DNA from: Candidatus Hodarchaeota archaeon
Lineage (GTDB): Archaea > Asgardarchaeota > Heimdallarchaeia > Hodarchaeales > Hodarchaeaceae
NCBI GenBank assembly: GCA_016840035.1
Contig: JAEOTC010000240.1
Coordinates: 1-35,742 of the forward strand
Length of the DNA stretch: 35,742 bases
Direction of reading: 5' to 3'
Shown in pieces: positions 27,760 through 35,742 of the stretch (the stretch's first letter is position 1; the number at the start of each line of letters is the position of its first letter). The notes under the pieces were generated by a model, which saw nothing but the letters and a program-made list of their open reading frames with translations, searched no databases and was not told where the DNA came from. The position numbers and the translations under genes were made by a program.

Positions 27760-30468
27760 ATGAAGGGGAATCGCAGAATGAAATCATTAGCAATATTGAG
27801 TCATAAAGGTGGAGTTGGGAAAACAAGTATTGCCGTGAATATTGCTGTTTATCTAGCATCAAAAGGGAAACGAGTCTGTCTTATTGATAATGACTTCCAT
27901 GGGCCGTCTATTTATACGTTCTTCAAACCAAATGTCACCTGGATAAATGATTATTTACTTGCTGAAGGGAAACTAGAGGATTGTTTGCAAGAATTCTCCA
28001 GTCAGCTGAATTTAGCTGGAAAGTTGTATATTGGATTTGCAGATCCATCTCATACCTCTATTCAAGAAGTATTGCAGATGGATAAAGATACGTCAATTGG
28101 GATGCTAAGAAAATATGTTAAACTAAAAAATGAACTTCTAAAACCTCCTTATGAGATTGAGTATCTGATAGTAGATTGTTCACCTGGAGCAGTATTTAGT
28201 ACTATTAACGTAATGGTCGCTACAGATTCCAGTCTCTTTATAATTAAATTAAGTAATGCGGATATCCTAGGGACATCACAGATGATATCAGCTTTGCATG
28301 AGGAAATGAAAAGCAGAACTTTAGTCTTGGCTAATTTTATCCCAGAAGATTTTGTGCAAAACACGGAAAAAACAGACGAGAGTCAGAACTTTATCGAGAA
28401 GATTTTCACCAAAGATATCGGGGATAAAGTAGTCGACTTTCTTGGTTGGATCCCTCAGGATCAAACATTGCTGAATTATGAATTCGAACAGGCATTAAAA
28501 ACAATAAGAGGACAGGAATCATCCAGAGTAATATTTTCTGTTGATCAACCTGAACATATATTCTCACAGACGATAATCCAATTATTACCAGTCTTATTCA
28601 ATGAACCAGAGGCACTTCCCTCCGTTTCTCAGGATTTACCAGAATTATTGGTGAAACAACGCAGAGCTTTTGTTGTAGGTGAACCCCAGGTGGGAAAAAC
28701 TGCTTTGTTTCATGCTCTTACCTCAGGCAGAGTGCCAGAAAAACTTCAAAGTACTGCAGGGATTGATCGCTATACAATCTGGGAAGCACAAGAAGGAAAT
28801 GTGATTACAGGTATCAATTGGTGGGATTTTGCGGGACAATATGCATATCGTGATACCCATAAGTTATTTTTGACAGAGGATACACTCTATATTCTAGTCC
28901 TAAACCTACGAGAGTCAATTGAGAAAAATCATGCACTATATTGGTTACAGAGTATTCGTGAAAAGGCTCCCAAAGCCCCGATTCTACCCATATTAACTCA
29001 TTATGATGAGGTGGGCGATAATGTTCTGGGATTAGCTGCTTCAGATGATTGGCAAGAATTAATGGAATATATGACCACATATAAGACTTTGGAACCAATT
29101 AAAGTTTCTAATACAGAAGGAAAGAATATTACCAAGGTAGAACAATTAATTAAGCGGTCGATGAATGAATATCAAGGAGTACAGATTCCGAAATTATATT
29201 CCAAACTTAAAGAATACATCCAATCCTGTGAAGAGCGTATATTCTTAACATTAGAGCAAGTTAGGAAGGATGTAAAGCAACTACCCATCGAGAATGACAT
29301 CCAACTAGAACTATCGGATAGTAAACTCAACGAAATCCTCCTACAACTTTCCCATCAAGGCCATTTTCATATTGTAGAATTACCTTCTTCTCCATCAATT
29401 GTAATTTTTGATGTTGATCGTGTGACTAAAGCATTCTCTTTAATAATAGATCAGGCAAAACCGTTGAAGGGATTTGTAGAGGAAGTTGATGTTCTTGACA
29501 TCTGTGCAGATTACTTTTCTCGCGGAGAAAGACGTGAAGCGGCCCATATTATTGCGGATTTAATGGTTAAAACCGATATGGCGTTACCGATACCTACCAG
29601 TAGTTCTACAGGGAGGATCATATCTTCTTGGTTAATTCCCCATGCATCAGAGATTCTTACAGAGAAAACAGCTCGCAAAAATTATCCTTCCATATTTGTC
29701 CGTCCTGAAGAAGAGATAGGGAAAAGTTTAGCCTCATTCAACTTCGTACTGAATACCTTTGATGAAATTATTGAAGCCCGTGTTTTAGGACACCTTTTCA
29801 ATTATCTTCCGTATTCTGAAAAGAACCAAGTTTGGCGAGAACGATCAGAAGACAGTGAAAAAACATCCTTGCATGCATTTCTGTACGAGGATGATCGACC
29901 AATTGTACATTTCCACTCAGATTCATTACGACGAGGGAAAATACGACTGAAAGTAGTCATTACTGATGATATCTTAGAGAAGGGACTATTAGCATCCATC
30001 ATCTATGCGTTAAGTAAATATAAGATCTCATTCGAGATAGAAGAGACTATTTTCATCAAAACGCAGAAATTCAAGAATAAAGATGAAAATCTGCTAGACC
30101 GAATCGCACAACTAACGAATATTCCAGAAGAGTATATCCAGACAATCGAACAAGCTATCAAAATATCCTCTTCAGCTCCCTCAAGTGCCATCGTTACAGC
30201 GGTAACCGCGTTAGAAGGACTATTTGTGACCTATTATACAAAGAAGATTGCTGAACCTGAAGCAACAACGAAGTTTTGGGAAATTCTGAAAGCCCTTTAT
30301 GATGCAAATTATGTCCCACGAACAGTCAAAATCTGGGCGGATACTGTACGATTACATCGCAATAATTGTGCTCATAATATTAACCCAGTGAATACAAATG
30401 ACGTTAATATTGTGTTAGAAGAAATTTTATACGTTTTAGAGTGGTATAACACAGTTTCTACAAGTTAA
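27760..30468 (+). CDS. MinD/ParA ATPase - Roc GTPase - COR - HEPN(DUF4145-like) fusion protein
   Basis: HKGGVGKT, IDND and VDCSPG (MinD/ParA). GEPQVGKT, STAGI, WDFAGQ..Y..TH.LFL and THYD (Roc). QIP.LY, L.HQG, IFDV..V and WLIP (COR-like). ALEG...RLHRNNCAH (HEPN Rx4H). The start is probably ATG 27778. Confidence 0.85.
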   Translation: MKGNRRMKSLAILSHKGGVGKTSIAVNIAVYLASKGKRVCLIDNDFHGPSIYTFFKPNVTWINDYLLAEGKLEDCLQEFSSQLNLAGKLYIGFADPSHTSIQEVLQMDKDTSIGMLRKYVKLKNELLKPPYEIEYLIVDCSPGAVFSTINVMVATDSSLFIIKLSNADILGTSQMISALHEEMKSRTLVLANFIPEDFVQNTEKTDESQNFIEKIFTKDIGDKVVDFLGWIPQDQTLLNYEFEQALKTIRGQESSRVIFSVDQPEHIFSQTIIQLLPVLFNEPEALPSVSQDLPELLVKQRRAFVVGEPQVGKTALFHALTSGRVPEKLQSTAGIDRYTIWEAQEGNVITGINWWDFAGQYAYRDTHKLFLTEDTLYILVLNLRESIEKNHALYWLQSIREKAPKAPILPILTHYDEVGDNVLGLAASDDWQELMEYMTTYKTLEPIKVSNTEGKNITKVEQLIKRSMNEYQGVQIPKLYSKLKEYIQSCEERIFLTLEQVRKDVKQLPIENDIQLELSDSKLNEILLQLSHQGHFHIVELPSSPSIVIFDVDRVTKAFSLIIDQAKPLKGFVEEVDVLDICADYFSRGERREAAHIIADLMVKTDMALPIPTSSSTGRIISSWLIPHASEILTEKTARKNYPSIFVRPEEEIGKSLASFNFVLNTFDEIIEARVLGHLFNYLPYSEKNQVWRERSEDSEKTSLHAFLYEDDRPIVHFHSDSLRRGKIRLKVVITDDILEKGLLASIIYALSKYKISFEIEETIFIKTQKFKNKDENLLDRIAQLTNIPEEYIQTIEQAIKISSSAPSSAIVTAVTALEGLFVTYYTKKIAEPEATTKFWEILKALYDANYVPRTVKIWADTVRLHRNNCAHNINPVNTNDVNIVLEEILYVLEWYNTVSTS

Positions 30469-31079
30469 GGATGTCCACTGTAGTATTTCTGGAATGCAGA
30501 CACCATTTCATTAAAAGGGAGATCAGAATAAACACCACGATCACTAAGATAATCTATGAATGGTCTACCTTTGGTATCTTTTGATTGAAACGTAGCATCA
30601 GTTGAACCATCAAAAGTACATACAGGAAAATCGTGTTTTTGACATAATTCGGTTTCAAAAGAGGGAGTTAGCTTGTACCAGTGATTATTTAGAGATACTT
30701 CGGCATACCCATGGAAATAGAAGATATTAGTACCCATTAATTTAACTAAATGATCGGGGCTCCTATGGTTGATGATATCCGCGAAATGTAATCTTGAAGG
30801 GAATCCACCTGCACGGTAGAGGGCTACAAGTAATATTGATTTAGGTATGCAGAATCCCTTCCCTCGCTGTAAAGTGACACTCGCTTTAAAATCATCAGGG
30901 CTTGAATACAGAGACATGTCAATTTTATATTTAATTTGATCACGTACAAAATTAAAGATAGAAATACTTAGATCGTTCACATTAACAGTTTCTGTTTTAA
31001 GATCAGTCACCTTTTGTAGAATAGCAGATGAATCACTATCAATGAAGGACGTTGGGGTCAGGTATTCACTGTTTGCCAT
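30465..31079 (-). CDS. Transglutaminase-like domain protein (cytoplasmic)
   Basis: YL.PT.FIDSD, IFNFVRDQIKY, GKGFCIPKSILLVALYRAGGFPSRL and FHGYAEV...W.KLTP. The start is reassigned to ATG 31079. Confidence 0.9.
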   Translation of the reverse strand: MANSEYLTPTSFIDSDSSAILQKVTDLKTETVNVNDLSISIFNFVRDQIKYKIDMSLYSSPDDFKASVTLQRGKGFCIPKSILLVALYRAGGFPSRLHFADIINHRSPDHLVKLMGTNIFYFHGYAEVSLNNHWYKLTPSFETELCQKHDFPVCTFDGSTDATFQSKDTKGRPFIDYLSDRGVYSDLPFNEMVSAFQKYYSGHP

Positions 31080-31149
31080 TATACAAAAGAATTTGAAGTT
31101 AGAAATTAAATAGTTTACACTCTTGATCAAATTATGGGAAGTATCAAGG

Positions 31150-31527
31150 ATGAATGCAGACCAAAGTTTAGAAGAACAAAATAAGATAAAACAGGCAATC
31201 ATGAATTATTATCACGAGGGTCATGTGAAAGAAGATCCTAAGCTATATGAACAGATTTTACATGAGAAATGGAAGTTTTTTCTACATGGTGAAGATGGAC
31301 TGCTCCGAGTAGTAGACAAAAAGGAATATTATTCATGGTATAATCCTGATGAACCCGATCTGTCTTTAAAATGGAAAACAAAATTTAAGTACATAGATGT
31401 GACAGATTCGATAGGTTCAGCTAAAATCGTGATTGAAAATCAGAATATTCGTTATACCGATTACTTCAATCTCATGAAAATTGAAGGGATCTGGTGGATT
31501 GTTCACAAAATATCTATTGCTAGTTGA
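31150..31527 (+). CDS. NTF2-like / lumazine-binding-type protein
   Basis: IKQAIMNYY, IDVTDSIGSAK and YTDYFNLMKIEGIWWIVHK. The start is placed at ATG 31150. Confidence 0.85.
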   Translation: MNADQSLEEQNKIKQAIMNYYHEGHVKEDPKLYEQILHEKWKFFLHGEDGLLRVVDKKEYYSWYNPDEPDLSLKWKTKFKYIDVTDSIGSAKIVIENQNIRYTDYFNLMKIEGIWWIVHKISIAS

Positions 31528-31819
31528 AAAACCAGATTTCTAGAATTTCAAATTTTAAAATGGCTATTCTATAAGCCCTAAAAAGAAAATGGAGATAAAA
31601 TAGAATCTAGGAGGTTGAGGGGACAGACAAAACGCACGCACTCTAACCACTCTTAACGTTCCACAAAATAAGAGTAATAATGCCTATCCCCATCATATAG
31701 GGCTAACACTTCCTCTTGGGAATTGTCCCTTTTAAGGTTGATTACCTTGGTAATATTTTTTACTTATAAAGTTAACGGTTAAAAAAATAAGTAAAACCTA
31801 TTAATAAATTGAAATCTGA

Positions 31820-32011
31820 TTAATTCCAATAGCAATAAGCGAAGGAAAATCCGCCATATCGACTGTTAGGAGGAAAAAAGTTCCGTAGATGAGTGGTAAA
31901 AGCATAAGTATTCATATATTGTGCAAGAGGAACCACAGGTAGCTCGTTATGTAATGCTGCATTCAGAGATCTACAACCGTTCATAAACTGGGGATCGTCA
32001 ATTTGTGTGCT
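31820..32011 (-). pseudogene. C-terminal remnant of a family-5 substrate-binding protein gene
   Basis: A frame absent from the ORF track reads ...LHNELPVVPLAQYMNTYAFTTHLRNFFPPNSRYGGFSFAYCYWN*, resembling the DppA/OppA C-terminus. Confidence 0.55.
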
Positions 32012-32524
32012 TTACAAGTTGATTACTTAGTTCCAATGATATTCGTTGTGATGACTCAAACCAGTGTAAGTTCAAAGAAAAGATGTTTTGAAGAATGTAG
32101 CCTAGCCAGAATGTAGGCATTGAAATACCTATGTAAGAGAATAGGGTTATGGCATAATCTATACAAGTTTGATGATAGTATGCAGAAATTATACCAAAAG
32201 GAATACCCATAAGTACCCTAGAATCAGTGCAATGGTAACTAGCTCCAATGTGGCTGGTAAAGTAAGACTGATTTGATCAATAACCGAACTTTTAAATCGT
32301 GTTGAGTATCCAAAGTCTTGTTCAAAGATTACTTTTTGAAGGTACTCTAAATATTGCGTAACAAGAGTTCCTATATCTACTGATGATTCGTTAGTGAAAC
32401 CACTAAAAATTAGAAATACAAGAAAACTTACTCCTAATAGTACTGGAATTGCCCTTAAGATTCGGAAAAAACAAAATTTTAAAAAATTCTCGACTTCTGA
32501 GGGCATTTCTAATGTATCAGTCAA
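31998..32524 (-). pseudogene. Frameshifted and truncated dppB-type permease
   Basis: Fragment 1 (RILRAIPVLLGVS...DFGYS...LPATLELV) continues in another frame as MGIPFGIISA...GISMPTFWLG. One G is missing at the GGG run 32216-32218, and the EAA loop and C-terminal half are absent. Confidence 0.85.
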
Positions 32525-32645
32525 TGAATTTCACCTCTCAACAAGTGTTGGTTTTCGAGTTTGATTTATCTCAGAATCTAGTATTAATACTATTCGTACG
32601 GTAAGAATTTTCGTGAATCTAACAAATCTTCTTTTTCCTTAGTGC

Positions 32646-35600
32646 TTATCCAAACTGTTTTCTTAGAAATGCAGCTATACTGCCTCGAGTAAATAGGATT
32701 ACTAGTCCAATTGATCCCATTAATAATAATGAGAAAATAAGTGGCCCATACTGACTCAAGAGATCGTTTTGAGAATCATCTGTGGTTTCTGGGGGATTTA
32801 CCCACTCTAGTATATTTTTGAAGAAAATCAAGTTATCTTCCAAATGTAAGTACTCAAAAAGATTACAGGGAACGATTAACAATTTCATATTTCCTCTTAA
32901 AATGCTCATTAGTGAATATTGACGAGTATCATCCGCTGCCAATGAGATCAAGTGTTCTGAAAACGGAATCATTTGTTCCAGTCTTGGGAAAAACAACTGA
33001 CTCACATTTGATACTAACTGATGTGATGCGATGTTGGAAGTATTACCTTGGTATCTATATCTTGAGATGAAATCTACACCGTAGAAGTAAAGGTATTCAA
33101 GTAGGTGTGCTGATTGAACTGGCCCAAAAATGAGAACTGTTCCACCCGAGATCAAGTATTCAAATAATGCTTTTGTCTGGTTGATGGTCCAACTTCCACT
33201 ATATGGGTTTGTGACAATAACCATTTCTGCTCCCTGTATTGTCCAATTCTCATGTAAATCAATAATTTTTACAATGGAATATTCCGAATATAACTGGTAA
33301 AGTCCGATAATGGAATTTGTTTGGGAAGTGGAAATGAATACTATTGGTGATAAATCAACGATAATGATTTGTGTATCTTCTAATGTTGTTGAATCACTCA
33401 AATGAGCAATCACTTTTAGGACAAATTCACCTTCAACCAAATCTTCCAGAGCAAAATATTGATTAGTGGTTGTCCTAAGAAGAATATCATCGAGAAAGAC
33501 TTCATAATTTTCAAGCGTTTTATTGATTGGTATCAAGGAAAACCAACTCACGACATATTCAGAGGAGTCTACAATTGTTTTATCTCCACCATAGATGTGT
33601 AATCCTTCTTTTGGCCCAGTGGTCGCGAGCTCAAGAATATTTAATAGGAAATTACGACTACTGTTGCTATAAGTGTTAGTGAGACCCCCTGTCATAATGA
33701 GTATTGAACCTAAACTCTCCCTTATTGCACCAATTGGAGTTACGCCATCTGGTGCGTAGATTAACTCAGTAACACCATGTGTTGTGGTTAGATAATAATC
33801 AACATTATAAAAGGCCAGTTCACTTACCCCCTTAAGTAAGGGGTGAACATTCAAAAATCTATTAGTATAAAAGTCGTCATCTTCGGTGTATTCTACTGTT
33901 CCGAATCCGTATCCTGATAACCATTGTGCTAGTTCATTTTCAGGTCGAAATTGGGTTAGAACAACCCAACCACCTGAATTCACATAATCGCTAAGCGCTA
34001 TTAATTCATTTCCAGTCCAAGATCTCCCACTAGGACCAATGACAATTAAATCACATGATAAGAGAGATTCTAATGTTAAATATTCTGGTCGGTCAAGAAT
34101 CCTGATAAGATACCCATGATTCTGATAGATATATAGAATTTGATCTGGATAATATTCACCATGGGAGGTAATGACCCCTATCTGAATAAAATCTGTTGTA
34201 TACACTATTGTTTGGTTAATATAATTACCTGCTCTATCAGTTAACGAAAATTTTAACTTATATTCTCCACTCATCTCAAAGTGTATGTAGATCTGATTAG
34301 GATTATATATATCGATATATAATTGCTCCCATGTGGATGAAAGGGGTCTCTGTAAATACACTTTGGTTGATGATACCCCTGATAAATTATCAGTGATATT
34401 CCAGTAGATGTGACCATATGTGAATGTTATTGTTTCATTTTCAGCAGGAATCAGATCTGTTATTCGAGGAGGGGTAATATCGACTATGAGGTTCTTGGAG
34501 TCAGAGTAACTTGTTGAAGTGTTATCAATTAAGATAACAGTAATTTCATAGATTCCCTCTGTTAGATCAGTAAAATCGATATAAGTAGAGGAAGTGCTGG
34601 TGAAGAAGTCATCATTTACATAGATATCAAAATGATCAACTGTAGTATTTTCCAAATAGTAATTCCAAGAAACACGCTGAGTCAATGAATTTGTTATCAA
34701 CCCCGTATATTTTATTGAGACACCAGATGTTTGACTTTTCACTGCTAAATTAATTAAATTTTCGAGGAATAGTTGTCCCTCATATCGATTGAACATGTCA
34801 TAAGGATCGACATTTATAACAATGAGCGATCCCAACTCATCTATAAGGACACTTGTGGTATATTCTCCACTTTCAGTAGATATTAAAGGAATACTTCCTC
34901 CTTGATTTGTAAAGGAATAGTATGCATCATCGATATATAATGATGCAATACCATTGAAGAGTGGATGGGAAGATAGAAAATTCGTTGTAGTAAAATCACC
35001 CGGTCCTTGATCATTCCTAATTACCCCATAATTGATTTCAAGCCAATTATCTAACATCTCATTGTAGTTACCTCTATATACATACACTAGCCAGCCTCCA
35101 GAGTTAATATAACTCTCAAGTGCATCTAGTTCGACGCCACTCCATGTGTTACTTCCATATTCACCGATAAATACGACATCATATCTTTTTAATACTTCAA
35201 GGGTAAGGGATTCCTGAATATGTGAAACTGAATATCCTCGTTGATATTCATAGTAATCTCTGACACTCCATATTCCATCCTCACCATGAGTCTGAATAAT
35301 ACCAATACTAAAGTAATCAACATGGACACTTATGATATCATCTTTTCTATTTCCTACCCGATCCCACACACTTGTTTTAATTTGCCACTCACCTCTTTCA
35401 AAAAAGTTGATATAACACCAAGTAGTACCATATGGATCTGGATAGGGTTCAATAAATATCTCAATCCACGTATTATTCGACGGGGTGAGAACATATACCT
35501 TTTCTTGACGAACACCAGAAAAAGTATCTACTGAGTCCCAAACAAATTCGATTCGACTTGAATTTATTAACGATCCATTTACTAGATTACGAATAGATAT

Positions 35601-35741
35601 CGTTGGTGCAGTTAAATCTACAAATAAGGATTCACTATCAGTGTACATACTGGTTTCGTTATCATACAGGATCACAGTAAAATTATAGATTCCTTCTGTC
35701 AAACCCAATAACTGAAAGCTTGATTCATTGGTACTACCCAC
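32646..35741 (-). CDS. Large cell-surface protein with repeated Ig-like and DUF4350/GATase1-like domains, C-terminal TM anchor (5' end lies right of the window)
   Basis: Repeats L(T/V)EG.Y...V.L.D....VD.T.P, D..SG(V), D..GN and IG.I..HGE...EL.AL..Y..SGG, followed by a C-terminal TM helix and basic tail. Confidence 0.85.
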   Translation of the reverse strand: MGSTNESSFQLLGLTEGIYNFTVILYDNETSMYTDSESLFVDLTAPTISIRNLVNGSLINSSRIEFVWDSVDTFSGVRQEKVYVLTPSNNTWIEIFIEPYPDPYGTTWCYINFFERGEWQIKTSVWDRVGNRKDDIISVHVDYFSIGIIQTHGEDGIWSVRDYYEYQRGYSVSHIQESLTLEVLKRYDVVFIGEYGSNTWSGVELDALESYINSGGWLVYVYRGNYNEMLDNWLEINYGVIRNDQGPGDFTTTNFLSSHPLFNGIASLYIDDAYYSFTNQGGSIPLISTESGEYTTSVLIDELGSLIVINVDPYDMFNRYEGQLFLENLINLAVKSQTSGVSIKYTGLITNSLTQRVSWNYYLENTTVDHFDIYVNDDFFTSTSSTYIDFTDLTEGIYEITVILIDNTSTSYSDSKNLIVDITPPRITDLIPAENETITFTYGHIYWNITDNLSGVSSTKVYLQRPLSSTWEQLYIDIYNPNQIYIHFEMSGEYKLKFSLTDRAGNYINQTIVYTTDFIQIGVITSHGEYYPDQILYIYQNHGYLIRILDRPEYLTLESLLSCDLIVIGPSGRSWTGNELIALSDYVNSGGWVVLTQFRPENELAQWLSGYGFGTVEYTEDDDFYTNRFLNVHPLLKGVSELAFYNVDYYLTTTHGVTELIYAPDGVTPIGAIRESLGSILIMTGGLTNTYSNSSRNFLLNILELATTGPKEGLHIYGGDKTIVDSSEYVVSWFSLIPINKTLENYEVFLDDILLRTTTNQYFALEDLVEGEFVLKVIAHLSDSTTLEDTQIIIVDLSPIVFISTSQTNSIIGLYQLYSEYSIVKIIDLHENWTIQGAEMVIVTNPYSGSWTINQTKALFEYLISGGTVLIFGPVQSAHLLEYLYFYGVDFISRYRYQGNTSNIASHQLVSNVSQLFFPRLEQMIPFSEHLISLAADDTRQYSLMSILRGNMKLLIVPCNLFEYLHLEDNLIFFKNILEWVNPPETTDDSQNDLLSQYGPLIFSLLLMGSIGLVILFTRGSIAAFLRKQFG

Positions 35742-35742
35742 A

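Noticed and set aside
28149-30191. Antisense ORFs within the Roco fusion (possible antitoxin)
   Set aside because: Short, motif-free shadows with no evidence of independent coding.
31080-31202. Overlapping extended starts of the TGase-like and NTF2-like ORFs
   Set aside because: The downstream ATGs (31079 and 31150) remove the overlap and leave a short divergent promoter.
31528-31819. Possible structured RNA (short hairpins such as CCTAT..ATAGG and AAGGT..ACCTT)
   Set aside because: The stems are short and expected by chance, with no tRNA or known ncRNA pattern.
31998-32000. TGA ending the dppB fragment as a possible selenocysteine or readthrough codon
   Set aside because: The downstream in-frame sequence is not permease-like, and the gene is already frameshifted upstream.

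Overview
AT-rich archaeal window, most consistent with an Asgard archaeon (Heimdallarchaeia/Hodarchaeales-like). This is inferred from a DGGGP-synthase-type UbiA, a PGF-CTERM-like anchor, a membrane-fused longin-like domain, a double-wHTH regulator and a Roc GTPase. Left part: dispersed Dpp/Opp peptide ABC-transporter genes (dppF end, sortase-anchored dppA, dppD, three tandem dppB paralogs, no dppC in the window) and pyruvate kinase. Middle: a multi-pass protein that looks like a catalytically dead CPBP/Abi fold fused to a longin-like domain, a Cys-less thiolase-like/DUF35 pair, UbiA prenyltransferase, an intact CPBP protease, an MFS transporter, a Hef-like SF2 helicase, DinB, a degenerate histidine kinase, a double-wHTH regulator, DDAH and an Fe-S flavoprotein. 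Right part, the most interesting locus: a CARF-wHTH (Csa3-like) regulator divergent from a membrane-anchored transglutaminase-like protein and a 902-aa MinD/ParA-Roc-COR-HEPN fusion (an unusual Roco protein), with a second transglutaminase-like gene converging on it. The window ends with a dppB/dppA deletion-scar pseudogene and a large repetitive surface protein running off the right edge. No rRNA, tRNA, CRISPR array or transposase was recognised. All domain calls are by-eye motif recognition, not database searches.
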